DNA from: Atractiella rhizophila
Lineage: Eukaryota
Reading direction: 5' to 3'
Assembly (NCBI GenBank): GCA_021432655.1
Contig: MU271227.1
Span: 86,576 to 135,027, forward strand
DNA: 48,452 bases
Shown here: one piece after another, positions 1-13,900 of the stretch
Position numbering within the stretch: the stretch's first letter is position 1
How the letters are laid out: every line of letters begins with the position of its first letter
Notes under the pieces: generated by a model
Told to the model about the DNA's origin: nothing
Seen by the model: only the letters and a program-made list of their open reading frames with translations
The model's database searches: none
Position numbers and translations under genes: made by a program

Positions 1-595
1 ACATTATGACGAAATAAAATTGACCGAGAGGTTGAACCTGTGTGAAAAGATTGGAGAAAGTTGTGAGAAACTTTTCTGGAGGGTAGGACCCTTTTATGGA
101 GAGACTGACCTAGGGATAGACCCAAATAAGAAATTGAGAGGTGACGGTGTGGTCGTTTTTTGGAGAAAAGAAAATTTCTGCACGCGGTTTTGAAGGCCTG
201 GCCGTCTCGGAACCTTGTCAGCCGTCCCGGAGGATACCGGGCTTCTCACATGCCACGTCGACATATTCACATTTCATTCTGCCATCTTGCATCGGGAAGT
301 GAGAGAAATTGGCACTTTTACGGACGAGAACCGGAAGGATTGGGGACAGCGCGGAGGGCAGAGAGACCTGCACCAAGCCTTCACCTTTAGATCGAGCTTT
401 ATGGGTCAGATATTCGTATCAGGCACAATAAAATCTGACTTCATCATCGTTCTGCTTCCTTCGTACTGTGGCAATAGAGTATAAAACTGTTTACGATGTA
501 TGCATTGCTAGAACATGCTTTGAAGGAAAAATCAGTGGAAAACAGACGGAAATGATCACGAAAGGCGAATAGAACAACCATAGATCCCTACATTC

Positions 596-3500
596 TCAAT
601 TCCACACCGTCCTCTCGCTTATTCTAGGCCGGACATTCCCACGATCATCATCCCAATCGTCAGGCGCTCTACGCTTGCTAGGTCGAGGAGGGGGAACAAC
701 TGGTTCGTCATCCTCTGACAGGGTAAGGTCGATCACTGCAGGGGTTGTACTCGGCAGGCTGAGACCATTATGGGTTGAAGAAGGAGCAGTGATATCTGTT
801 CTACTTGAGGAGGGGTTGTTGGATCCGCCATATGAGACGCCGTCCTCGTCCGAATCATCCATGATGATTACGTCGCTTTTTGGTTTCTGGGATTCGGGTG
901 CAGACAGTCGGAGGGAAGACGTAGAATCTCTCTTTTGAGGAGCTGGACGCTCCGATGGCTCTTTTGGCTTGCCAACATCCTTTGCGTTCCCATAGGTGTT
1001 GTCTGTCGAGCGCCATGTGCCGTCCGCTTCGACCAGAACAGCTTCTACCGAATCTGGGACCTGAGCCATGATGTCCTCCGTATATCTACCTTATTCGTCA
1101 GTAACAAAGAAATAATATGTGCGGTGTGGGACGAACCCATCTCTGGCGAGATCCTCAGTGGTAATCTTCTTGTTACAAACGGGACAGAGCCAAGTCGGTG
1201 TCATCTCCATCATGCTCAAAAAGCTCATAGCTTCGAAGCATTGAAGATGGCTACACTGCCACGACCGACAAGGTGTTGTCATACGCACGAACGATACCTA
1301 CAGTTCATAAGCCATGGTTAGAAAGCGAATTAGGAAAAAGGCCATACTGGGCATTTAAGTGATAGTTCAGAAGCCTCCATGACTACATCTTCGTCTGCCG
1401 CCTTTTCTTTGACTGTAACTTGGTGAGAAGAGGATAGACTGCAAGTGAGAAGAACGCACTTTTCTTGAGTACCTCCTCCTTCGACCTAAACTTCCCCTTC
1501 TTCAATTTATCCATGAGCTGTTTCACCGACGTAACTTCGCACAGGTAAACCTGCATGAAATGTCTCTGCAAACGAAGTCAACGACCACGACGCTTCTAAA
1601 ATGTTTTGAGCTACCTTCTCAATGTTAGCATAGCTAAGCTCTGCGCGATTAAAAGCGCCAGGTCGAAGCTCAAGAACAGGCTCCCCATTGTCCTTCTTCG
1701 GTACCCCAAGATTTGGAGGAGCAGCAGTGCCAGGGACCTTCTTGATTCCCCTCAGATTCCCACTGACCATGGACCCGTTGAGCTTCAGCTCGCACTGTAC
1801 CGGGAATTCCATAGGTATGAGGCCTTTAGGATGGGTCGTGTAATTTGAGGTGCGATGAGGTGGAGGGACGATATAATAATCTTCCGACGCGCAAAATACA
1901 CGCAACTGATGCTGGATCTTGTCTGGATCTGGATTGGTCCTACATGCAACATGAGTCTAACCGTTCTCTTCAAGAAGAAAAAGCAGCCTACCGAGACTCA
2001 GTGAGCAGCGATCGTTGCCACTCCGTCAGATTAATGCTGGCTACTACAGTTCTTCGATCGTTTTGGCCCGCCTCTACTCTCTTCGTCAGAGTCTTGAGAT
2101 GGATAGCGAAAAGCACTTACTGTTAAGCGTGACAATATCGCTAACCGCTGCTATGGGCCGATAGAACGGCGAAGTACGAAAATTCATGGGTAGGTTCCCA
2201 CTTTGTTGCGCTTTGGTCATCCATCAGCCAGCGCCACACGAGAGACTAGTATGCATTTACCATTGACTGTCGCCAACCCTCCAACTGATGGACGGAAGAC
2301 GCCTTGACTTGTTCCCGGAAGATTGTTGTAAGGATTCTTTGTCCAACTTCCAGCTCCCGCACCTGAGCTATATTTCGACTCATACGGTTTGGCCATGGAA
2401 GATGAGGAAGCGAGAGAAGCAAATTTTGGTGGTGGGGGAGGCTGCGCATGGTAGTTGGGCCTGTATTCGACAGCTGGAGAGGAGAGACTAGGGGATCTAC
2501 CGTTACCATTTGGTATCCTTGCCGTCTCAATTTCAATACCGATTAGACTAATGAAAACCAACTCACCGGTCGTTCGCAACGTCTGTAATGATTTGAGCAA
2601 TGCTGTGGAACGCCTGAGGAGAATTGGTGGTCTGCGCAGTACTGAGAGCCATCTTGATGCGATGATGCAGCTCGTCCTTCCTTCCCGAAAGGTTCATCCG
2701 CCCATGACAGTCTGGACTACTGTTGATCATTCGAATAGCTTGCTTCAATTGATCGACTTTGAGGTCCCCAAGCTCAATAAGAATATTCTTCATCTCCCAT
2801 CAACAACCAGTGAAATGAATGAAATAAGGAATCGACTTACATTGAGCTGATCGTATCCCCGTAAAGGAGACGTCGTCGAACCAGTCCTTCCACTTCCGCT
2901 CCCGCTCGGAATTCCATTCAAAGAGCTCATATCCTCAAAAGGTTTGGCTACTTCCTCACGTGTAACTTCTTCTTCAAATTGCTCGGACGCGGCTGATGTC
3001 TGTGTGGCACTCGCTTGGGTTGATCCAGCTAGACCGTAGGGTTGTTGAGGGAAACGACGGGAGCGTGGGATTGGTCTGGGTGGTGCGGAAGATAAAGTTG
3101 AAGCAGAATCAGGACGTTGTATGGTTTGTCTAGGTGGAGCTGGAGAGAGTTTGTTCGATGCCGATTGTCGTCGCTTTCCGTGGGAAATGAGATTCTGGTT
3201 GGCACCGTGGGGACTCGAATTCCTCTGATGATATTGCTGTTGAAACGGATAGGAGACGCTCGGGCAGTAGAAAGGTGGATTAAGAGCTGAAGCTGTCGGC
3301 TGGTAATTCCAAGGTTGACTGAAATTCTGAAGTGGCGCCAAAGGAGGTTCGTAGCCGTACGGAACTGAACCTGAGGTCTGATAGACAGTCGTGTTGCCAC
3401 TGACAGGAGAGTCAAAGGGTAGGATTGGGAGTGGGCCAAATGGGCTATTGAAGTATTGTTGGTTGTCTGCGAGCACACCACGCCCATTTACAACCGATCT

Positions 3501-3703
3501 CTCGAACAGAGCATACTCACCCTGATAACGGGGATGTGGTCTCCGCTGTTGGCCCTGAAAGCTAGATCCAGGTGCCTGGTCACTGGAATTCAGAATAGTT
3601 CTCCCGCTCTGATCTATTGATTCTACCAAGGTCTCTATCAGCCCTAACACGGTGTTGTGAGTGAATGCTGCCACTGACCACTGACTTGCCGATTTGTCTG
3701 CAT
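596..3703 (-). CDS. SIZ1: SIZ/PIAS-family SUMO E3 ligase (SAP, PINIT-like, SP-RING, SIM), multi-exon; probable second in-frame start at 2930
   Basis: SAP-like LKVDQLKQAIR..LSGRKDELHHRI; FRTSPFY and LRVFC..MEFP..LRGIKKVPGTAAPP PINIT region; SP-RING KCP|VSFVRMTTPCRSWQCSHLQCFEA..TPTWLCPVC; C-terminal SIM VIDLTLSEDDE. The 5' exons 3703-3679 and 3622-3521 are inferred from introns 3678-3623 and 3520-3467, so the start is less certain than the rest. Confidence 0.88.
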
Positions 3704-6175
3704 ATAATTTCTGCCACGCTGGATGTAGCGCACTTCTAATTGTCGTAGGCGTGTTAGGAGAGGTCGCGAAGGGAAAGAGGGACCATCTAGGACCTTGACT
3801 GGTCAGCGTTTTCTTCAACTGTTCAAAAACAGTGACAGTCCAAAGCGACCATGCCCGCGAGCCGGCGGCACATTTGCATGAATGACCGCGACCGCCGCGT
3901 AGTTGAAGGACAACCAACAAATTCTGCGAAACCTGATGAGTATAGGTGTTTAAAAGATGAGTAGTCGATAAGCACAAGCTTGTTCATGACTTTCACGTCG
4001 TATGAAAACGATATTTATATGGACGCAAAATATTCTGCGTGGACCCATCCAAAACTCTCAGCATGTTGTATGAGACTATTGCCATGCCTTGGTTAGCTCT
4101 TTCCTTTGAGCCTTCGCAAAATCAGAACTTTAGTATGCGTTCAGAACCTCACAGCATATTCATCCAGGCTAGCGACTAGAGGGCATACCAGTAGCAGCGA
4201 CTTCCTCATTTCCTAATGACATGAAGCGAGTCTTTTATTCATCAATTCACTCAGACGAAATGCTGGCACGATGCATCTGACGTATTACGCTGAGGGCATT
4301 AATTGAATCATTGCTTTCTTTTGTATGAAAACGGAATATTCGCCTCAGGAACATGATCTGTTCGAGCATTTCCTAGAGTCAGTTTTGTGTCACCTGTGAT
4401 GCATCTGTCGACCACAAAAGTCTAATTTCAAGGAGGTGCGCAAGGGCAAGTCTGCATTCAAGCATCTCAAGTTCGTTTATAGCTAGCTAGAGGCTAGACG
4501 TTCTCTAATGATAGGTTCAGTTTGTCACAAAATGACTGCGTGCTTTATGACCCTCGCAGAACATTACATAGCTCTGTCTGATAGCTGATTACATGTTTTG
4601 CCTTTCTTAATCTCGTTGTACCATCTTCTGTCGTGCCGCATAATGAGAGGAACAGTGATTCTTTTGAAAAGGGCTGCTGTTTTTGTTTACTACGATGCCC
4701 GCCTTTTTACTAACCTCCGTCTTTACCCTGCTATTACCGACTGTCCTCAACTCAGCTCTCGTCAAACTCCAGTAAACCTGTGAGCTATTCTAACAAAGGG
4801 TAGGATTGGGAGTGGGCCAAATGGGTTATTGAAGTATTGTTGGTTGTCTGCGAGCACACCACGCCCATTTACAACCGATCTCTCGAACTGAGCATACTCA
4901 CCCTGATACCGGGGATGTGGTCTCCGCTGCTGGCCCTGAAAGCTAGATCCAGGTGCCTGGTCACTGGAATTCAGAATAGTTCTCCCGCTCTGATCTATTG
5001 ATTCTACCAAGTTCTCTATCAGCTCTAACACGGCGTTGTGAGTGAATGCTGCCACTGACCACTGGCTTGCCGATTTGTCTGCATATAATTTCTGCCACGC
5101 TGGATGTAGCGCTCTTCTAATGGTCGTAGGCGTGTTAGGAGAAGTCGCCAAGTGAAAGAGGGACCATCTAGGACCTTGACTGGCCAGCGTTTTCTTCAAC
5201 TGTTCAAAAACAGTGACAGTCCAAAGCGTCCATGCCCGCGAGCCGGCGGCACATTTGCATGAATGACCGCGACCGCCGCGTAGTGGAAGGACAACCAACA
5301 AATTCTGCGAAACCTGATGAGTATAGGTGTTTAAAAGATGAGTAGTCGATAAGCACAAGCTTGTTCATGACTTTCACGTCGTATGAAAACGATATTTATA
5401 TGGACGCAAAATATTCTGCGTGGACCCATCCAAAAACTCTCAGCATGTTTTATGAGACTATTACCATGCCTTGGTTAGCTCTTTCCTTTGAGCCTTCGCA
5501 TAATCAGAACTTTAGTAGGCGTTCAGAACCTCACAGCATATTCATCCAGGCTAGCGACTAGAGGGCATACCAGTAGCAGCGACTTCCTCATTTCCTAATG
5601 ACATGAAGCGAGTCTTTTGTTCATCAATTCACTCAGACGAAATGCTGGCACGATGCATCTGACGTATTGCGCTGAGGGCATTAATTGAATCAGTGCTTTC
5701 TTTTGTATGAAAACGGAATATTCGCCTCAGGAACATGATCTGTTCGAGCATTTCCTAGAGTCAGTTTTGTGTCACCTGTGATGCATCTGTCGACCACAAA
5801 AGTCTAATTTCAAGGAGGTACGCAAGGGCAAGTCTGCATTCAAGCATCTCAAGTTCGTTCATAACTAGCTGGAGGCTAGACGTTCTCTAATGATAGGTTC
5901 AGTTTTTCACAAAATGACTGCATGCTTTATGACCCTCGCAGAACATTACGTAGCTCTGTCTGATAGCTGATTACATGTTTTGCCTTTCTTAATCTCGTCG
6001 TGCCATCTTCTGTCGTGTCGCATAATGAGAGGAACAGTGTGATTCTTTCGAAAAGGGCTCCTGTTTTTGTTTACTACGATGCCCGCCTTTTACTAACCTC
6101 CGTCTTTACCCTGCTATTATTGACTGTTCTCAACTCAGCTCTCGTCAAACTCCAGTAAGCTTGTGAGCTATTCTA
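3413..6175. repeat. Tandem duplication 1, about 1381-bp unit (3413-4792 / 4794-6175), about 3% divergent; covers the SIZ1 5' end and intergenic DNA
   Basis: CAAAGGGTAGGATTGGG starts at 3413 and 4794; GAGCTATTCTA ends at 4792 and 6175; one extra A at 4793. Confidence 0.97.
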
Positions 6176-6299
6176 CATTTCCCTCTTCTTCTAGACCTTT
6201 CCGTTCCGGCCGCGACGGGCCAACCCAGTCGAATTTGAATTGAATGCATCCTTGATCGATTCCCAAGACGAAGCAACCTCGGATTTCGAGAGAGTCGAC

Positions 6300-7783
6300 A
6301 TGAATGCACTTGATCCAATCAAAGAGTGCCATCCCGCTTTTCCTACCCTCAACCTATCGAAATTCATTTATGCTGATGCAGCTGGAGGTTCCCATGTCGG
6401 TTACTCCCCCACAATCCAGAAAATAACTGAGCAAAGTTGTGCTGATCAGATATTGCAATCGTCTATCGATGCCTTGACGGACTACCTCATTCGTACGAAT
6501 GTGCAGCTTGGGGCTGGATACAAACAGTCGACGGTGTCGACAGAGAGGGTCATGAATGCCTCCACCGTGATCAGTAAACTCATGGGCTGCGATCCTGAAG
6601 AGGTCACGTTTGGGAGTAGTTCGACACAGCTCTGCCATAATCTAGCAAAATCAGTAGAACTTGGTGGAGACTTGCAAGAGGGAGATGAATTTGTTCTCTC
6701 TGAACAGGATCACGAAGGTCATCGTTTCGTTCGGTTAATAACATGCACTCCACTGATTTCTCATTAGCTAACATCAATCCTTGGATCCGATTGGCACAAA
6801 TGAAAGGGATTACCGTGAAATTTTGGAAGATCCGCAAATCACCATACGTCCATCAATCCACAAGTGACCTTGCACTTTTACTAAATGAAAAGGCGGGTAC
6901 TCAAGCTACAACGGAGAAACATCTGGCTGACTGCAAGCCCAGACGCGACTTGTGGCATTCACCGCGTGTTCGAATATTCTCGGTGGTATAACACCTATCA
7001 GGGATATCGTGGACTTGGTCAAAGAGAAATCACCAAGGGCTCAAACCTGCATCGATTGCGTGGCTTATGCTCCTCATCGGCAGATGAAGTTCCACGAATG
7101 GGGCGTCAGCTTTGGGTTCTTCACCCTGTATAAAGTCTACGGTTGGCCTTTAAGCAATCTCAAGGTTCATACTTATCTTCAACGGCGCAGGTCCACATGC
7201 TGCTGCCGCCTTTGTGTCCTCGAACGAACAACGTCGTTTAGGATCCCTCGCCCATTACTTCAACGCTTTCTCCATCCAGCCAAATCCGGCCTACGAACTT
7301 GCGCACGCCTCAACCGCGATCGTCCCTTATCTAGAGTCTTTGGCGACCTCAGACTCTAATGATCGATTGGCTTCAGCGTTCGAGCGCATCGCTGATCATG
7401 AGCAATCGTTGATGGATGTCATCCTTGGTTTCCTCAGTAGCACGGAAGGCATAACCGTGATTGGAAATCCATCAGCAGACAAGCATGCGAGAGTGCCCAC
7501 GATCAGTTTTATTGTCCAAGGACAACGCAGTGAAGAAATCGTCCAGAAGATCCATGATTCGGGAGAGATTGGATGTCGAAACGGGCATGCTTATGCGCAC
7601 CGTTTGTTGACTGGTAAGCACTAGATTCCTTACTGGACTGCTCGCTGACCTCATACCAATTATAAAGCTTTAGGTCTGGACCCTGATGACGGGGTCGTCA
7701 GAATATCGCTTGTTCACTACAATACGGTGGACGAAGCCAAGAGGATTGTAGAGATCTTGAAGGAAGTCATTAAACCGAAATAA
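6300..7783 (+). CDS. Class V PLP-dependent aminotransferase / cysteine-desulfurase-like protein, multi-exon
   Basis: YADAAGGSH, FGSSSTQL, DHE|ANI.PW, TRLVAFTACSNILG, DCVAYAPHR, PLP-lysine motif FTLYKVY|GPH, RVPTISF, NGHAYA, GVVRISLVHYNT; stop TAA at 7781-7783. Confidence 0.9.
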
Positions 7784-7942
7784 TGACGACTCCATTGACA
7801 GAGGAATGCTGGTAAGACCTCAAGCCTACCTGATCACTTGCCTGGATCTTACTTACAAGTATAAGAACGCATAAATTACAAACAAGACTGAGACTCATTA
7901 AAGACATGCACATTTTCACAGCAATGCTAGTATCTGAATTGG

Positions 7943-10900
7943 CTAGGCATCCTCCATCTCATCGTCAGAATCGTCATCTGAATCCTCTTGTTCCCCTTCA
8001 GCGACGGAAAGTTTGAAGTCGAACTCCTGATCCGCACCAAGGTAGGAATCGCAAATAAAGTATAACTTCAGGTCGTGATCACCTTTGGCAACCGTGAACT
8101 CCAACTTCCTGCTAATTCGCTTCTGAATCGTAACCCGCTTGATGTATAAAAGGGTCTTGGTGGAAGGTTCACCAACGACAAGGAACCAGTTCTCGATTTT
8201 CTTTGGCGGGAAAAATGGCGCAATTACTACCTGTTCAGATGACATGTCTTCATCGTCGCCTTCCCTTTCGAGAGTAACGTCGATAACGACTGGAGTGGAT
8301 GAATCCAGCTTGTCTGCATCTTGAATCTCATAATTGACTTCGACTGCGATGGTCATATGAGGAAGGAGCTAGCAGCTGTGAAGGAAGAAACCGTACTGTT
8401 GGGGTAAGAATTGACAAAACCAGCCACCGCTTTCATTTGACGGTTGTCCATCTGAAGGACTCTATTCCGTTCGTCATCCTCCATCTCGCTAACATCGTAA
8501 ACAGATTGGACGCCAGCTGCCTGACATCGTTCGACTACTTCTTTGGTGAAGTGAGGTATTTGTCGTAGGGCACTGTCGTCGTCCCAGAGGCTATTCCTTA
8601 AGGTTAGCACATGAAAAGAGAAATGGATGTGGCTACGTACGCCTGTACGCAGGACTGGCTCAATTCCATAGCAGCTATAGCGTTCAAGTGGCCATTAGAA
8701 GACATGACGCTGAGTCGATCATAAGAAACATCGGGTGCTAAGGGCGAGGACGCACTCAATACAAGCTGAAAGCAAGTTGATAACCTTTCCCAATACCAAT
8801 GCTTGGTCTGCTGCTAAGTCGGAAGGCAGCTGCAGCCGTGAGAAATGTGCTTGAAGGAGTATATTGGTTTTGAAATGTGGCGAAGTGAAATCTGGCTTGG
8901 AATTCTTTACTCGCACTCGATCGTAAATCTTTCGCAATGTCGCCTCTTCTCGATGCCTTATCGGTATAAGGCTTTCGAACTCGTTGGCGGTGGATAGGAT
9001 TTCCAGCAGACCCTTCAACTTCGTCCTTTACAAACAATCAGCCATCCCTTCCGTTTGACGAGACACAGAGGACTCACTTGTCCGTTAGGGATAATGCGAA
9101 CAGGTCGAGGGTGAGGTAATTAATGTTATAGTAGGACGCAATGATTCCAAGGTTGAGGGGTTCCAGATCCATTTCCGCCTACAATGATTTCAGCCATAGT
9201 ATTGTCATTGGATTAAAAGGAAGGACTGACCTTGATGCTGATAGCGTTCGACGTTTGTAAATCTTCCACAGTGGTCTCAACTAGGTTGGAAAGGTAGTCG
9301 CTCAAATGGCGATGGCTATTGCCTTGCATGTTGTAATCTATCCATCCATCAGCGTGGTGAAACGTCGTGGTTGAGAAACCCACAATTAGGATTAGCGACC
9401 AGTCGCCGATACAAGAATAGCCAAGTCGTATAATCCACAGCTTCTTGTTTATTCTTGATGGTTTTCTCGACGATCTCTGCATTGATGTGGTCGTGAAGCG
9501 AAAGATGTAGATGCGACTCGATTGGCAAGCCTTCATTCAAGAACTTTTTGAAGAATTCTTTTCCCGACTATAAAATACGGTAAGTCTGACTTCTCTACGA
9601 ATAATGATCACAAACTTGATGGCACATTAAAACACAACGGCTGCTTTCATCCTCGACTGGTCGGCATGCTCGACCCATCATTTGGAGTACGTCTGTAAAG
9701 GGGTAATCAACGTAACGATGCTCTCGTCCTATTGTCACGTTTAGTTTCTTTGAATGTTGCGAGAAGATAGGACGAACCTTGATAGCTCTGAACTCCCATG
9801 ATTATGACCATATAAGCAGTCAGCGGTATGCTCCAAGCTGTATCCTTGGACGCCACAACAACCTGGATGGCTCCTGCTTCGTACAGTCGCTGGACAATGA
9901 GTTGGTCCTGAGCTGACAGCGCCTCGTGGTAAAATCCAATGCCATGCCGAAGAGTTTCTCGCAAATCAACATCTTTCACATGTTCAAGATGCCTCTCCAG
10001 CTCATCAACTTCGATATTGAGGAAGCGGTCTGGGTTCTGATCCGAAAGGCAGTAAAGCAGGAGGTCGTTCGCAGTGAGCGAACATTGCTTCCGTGACGGA
10101 ACGAAGGCAATGACAGGGCGTTCCTCCGCCCACTCAACAACTGCAAGATAAGCTGGTTTTGCCATCTGAATCATCAAACTCGCGAAATGAGGTATGTTGA
10201 AACTTTGAAGGTGTACTTCCATCGGAAGAGGTCGAGCTCCTGGTGAAAAGTTGAAGATCGTGCTATTTGGAGCCCCTATCCATTCCCCAATCTCTCGAGC
10301 GTTTGCTAATGAGACACCCAATGCAACAATTCTCGTCTTGCAGTCTGTTTCTGCAATAATATAGCGCGTTCGTGACACTACAATTTCGTAAGTTGGTCCA
10401 ACATCGCTTCCAATCATGTGAATGTCGTCGGCAATAAGGAGACCAATTGTAGCAGCAGTGGCTCGCTTCCTCCATCGTCGAATGATCTGGTCCCACTGAA
10501 TTGGAGTGCAGACTACGACATCAGCCTTCTCGAGCAATCGGAGATCAGCCGTGACTTCTCCTGTGAGAGCGAGGATAACTTTTCCGCCTTGAACTTCAGA
10601 GAACTTATTAGACCACTCCTTCACTCGATATTCTACCTGCTCTTGGAATGGAACCAAGCAAACACAACGACGAGCCTGAGCCTGAGACCACAGGCGCATT
10701 AAGGCGAATTCGGCACAAATTGTCTTCCCACTCCCGGTAGGCGCACCAACAAAGGCATTGTCATCAGTCGTGTAAAGGCCTTGAAATACTTGGGTCTGAA
10801 TCTTGTTGAAAGACTGAAGAGATTCGGAGTAAATGTGCTCGAATTCTTTGTTGTGCAGAGCCGCAATTGGAAGGGGTTGCAGGTCCAGCAGAGCTGTTGG

Positions 10901-13900
10901 AGGGGGAAACTTGTCGGGAAGGATGAGATGCTTGAAAGAGACAGGTAGTTTAGTTTCGGCTTGAAGCCATCGATCGGAAACGAGAGAGATAAAATAGTTC
11001 GGCGGGAGGGGATCAAGCATGGGAACGGTGAACGTAACGAAATGCTCGTCCTCGGCATATCGTTGGTGGAGAACGAACTGGTCGTGATACAGGATCATTT
11101 CGCCGTCAACGTCTTCAACGAGAATCCAAAAAGTCAACGCCGTTCCATGTTCCTTCTCCTCCCACTGGAAATCGGGCGTGATAGTTAATTCGATGCGGAG
11201 CATTGATCTCGTGATGGGATAGAGGTTTGCTTGCATTTCCACTATAACGCTTGATCAGTCAATATGTCTTCTGATAGCACTACAACTCACAGTTCGGGAA
11301 CTGATGCACATATCTATGGATCCTCCTTCCAGATTTTGGCAAACCAATTAGTTCTCCCAACTCTGAAACGTAAATTAGGCCCCTTCAACAGTGCAACGAT
11401 TCACATACCTGCAGCATCCAAGTCAAAGTAGCGATACCAAGGGAATTCTTTTCGTTCGGCGCGTCGGACGATATCGAGTGGGATGTCTGAAAATTGCCTT
11501 AATGGAGTCATCGAAGTCCACATGCGCCTTTCGACCTACAAAATGGTCAGTCAAAGCTAACGTTACAAAAAGTATATTACCATCTTGCAGAGATCTAAAG
11601 CTTTGTGTGTCACAGCAGCCCAACCTCGTTTCAGAGAGATTTCAAAAAGAGCACGAAGAATACGCCCGGCGGACTGGGTGACATAAACCATATCAGCTAA
11701 GAGCGCAAAGCCTTCAAGTGACAGTTGAGAGATGTAAGCTTGGAGCAGGACATTGATTTTAGCAGTCGGTTCTTCAATCGATTCCTTGATGGGAATTGGT
11801 ACTCGATCCATCAGCTTCGCCAGTTCCACCTTTTCATCTTGTCGAACCGGAATGTACTTGAACTCGTCCGAAAGAGCGAATACGCGGAAGAGTTCAACAT
11901 AGCCAACAGTTCCAGCTTTCAAGTGCTGGTTGTAAGTGGCCATTGAGCTGTGGGAAATGTAGTAATGAGATGCGATCCTTCCGAGTTCTGTCGGTTGCAG
12001 GACTCCGCTCTTCCTCTCGTATTTGACAAGCTGACACTTCTCCAGGATGGTAGCTGCAGTATGAATTATGTCGGAACGCTTCTGTATGAGATTGACGTCG
12101 TCATCGTAGTCTGCTCCGACGCCGTAGAGTGTTGGCGACCTCAACATCCGTTGCTGTTGTCGGAGTCAATGAGTCAGCGGTGCAGCGACAGTAAGAGTCT
12201 CACATAGAGATAGGTATACCCAAGCCATTGAACTGCTTCGTCCCTATTCCGAATTGTCCCAAGAGCGATTTCAGCGTTGAGATTGTCAGCAAGTTTAGCG
12301 ACAAGCTGGGATTCAATGGGAAGCTGTTGGTTCATCATACTCAAGTAATACTGGAGTTCTGAGTGATTGGTTATGATAATCCCCTCGCCTTCCGTATCGT
12401 ATTGTGGACGCCCAGCCCTCCCGAGCATCTGAAGAACATCCTGTGGGGAAAGTTCAACCCAACGACCTTTCTCAGGATTGTAAATCTGTGTCCCCTTTAT
12501 GATGACAGCATGAGCGGGAAGATTGACTCCCCAAGCGAGTGTGGCGGTCGAGACGAGAACTCGGATATTTCCCTGAGCGAACAGATCCTCCACTGTCCCT
12601 CTGTCCACGCGAGTCATTCCAGCGTGATGGATGGCAAAACCGAAAGGTAGGAGATATTTCAGGTTGGGATCTGTGACAACCTCTGCTTCAGACTGAAGGA
12701 TCTCCCGAACCGCAACGTTGGCTTGAACGATACTTGCGATTTCTTCGCGCTCGATAGCGAGATCGCAGAGGGCTTTGGCGGTCTTGGCGGTGTCCTTTCG
12801 CGAGTGAACGAAGACGATAACCTGATTTTGTTGTTTCGTTTGCTCCAACACCTTCTCGTAACAGACCTCGTTCATGACGGCATAGCGTTGAATGGCTTTC
12901 TTCTCTGTGACTCCCACAAACTCCTGCTTAAGAGGACACGGTCGCGTGGTTGAATCAAAATAGAAGAGTCCTTTGTCAGGATCGACACGGAGGAAACGCG
13001 CAACGTCTTTGTAGTTGGGGAGAGTAGCCGAAAGTCCAACAAGCCGCACATCGTCACCGGTCTGTTCCATCCTTCTGATAGTCCTGGCGACCACAGCCTC
13101 CAAGACAGGTCCACGCTCGTCGTGCAACAGGTGGATTTCGTCGATAATGATGAGGCGCACGAGGTTGGTATAGCTGGTGTCGGTATTCTTGCGCGTGATA
13201 ACGTCCCACTTCTCTGGTGTTGTGACAATGATTTGAGTCTCCGAAATCTGCTGCTTCGTCATATGTCGATCTCCCGTCAGCTCTCCCACCTGAATACCGT
13301 AATCCTTCAACCTTGAACTAAACTGCCCAACTTGTTCTTGGACTAAAGCCTTCATCGGGGCGATATAGACGACCTTGAAAGCATTAAGATCGATATTTCC
13401 CTCTTCGTCCCGATGCTTCGACATCTCGTTCAGGATCGCCAATAGGGCAACATTGGTCTTTCCCGCACCAGTAGGCGCGCAAAGGAGGAGCGGCTCATCC
13501 GTACCAAATGCAACGGGGTACATCTTGCTTTGAACAAGGTTGAGCTGCCGGTACCCCTGGAAGGCCACCCTTGCCCACTCAGGCATACTCTCTATAAGGA
13601 CGAACTCGCCTGCTTTCGCTTCGTATTTCTTAGGAGCAGGGATATGTATCTCCTCGTATCCCTTCTTTGAACGTTTGAAAGATCCTTCTGGCAACTTGCA
13701 CTTCTTATTGGACATGAGACGGGCACCTTGGGAGAAAGCCATGGAATCGAGATCGACCTGAGCGCGAGGAGGAGGAGCGATGGAACCAGGTTGCAGGTTG
13801 AGTTTCTTCGTCGTCGTCGGCTCATCCACTTCCATTTTCATTTCGCCATCTTGCAGGGACTCGACGGCAGTTGCTTTTGCGCCTCTCTCCCGTTGCAGCT

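Noticed and set aside
2790..3977. 395-aa ORF taken as a single exon with a TTG start
   Set aside because: Better explained by ATG 3703 plus two introns; differences between the copies upstream of 3703 are mostly missense in this frame.
5885..6195. ATGATAG..CTGA motif and perfect TACTAAC (6091) upstream of the aminotransferase, suggesting an intronic snoRNA or 5' UTR introns
   Set aside because: Degenerate C box, SNPs between copies within the putative guides, and no coherent exon chain; needs RNA data.
10420..10750. Degenerate DDIH motif in the second Brr2 cassette
   Set aside because: Known feature of Brr2; the C-terminal cassette is catalytically inactive.
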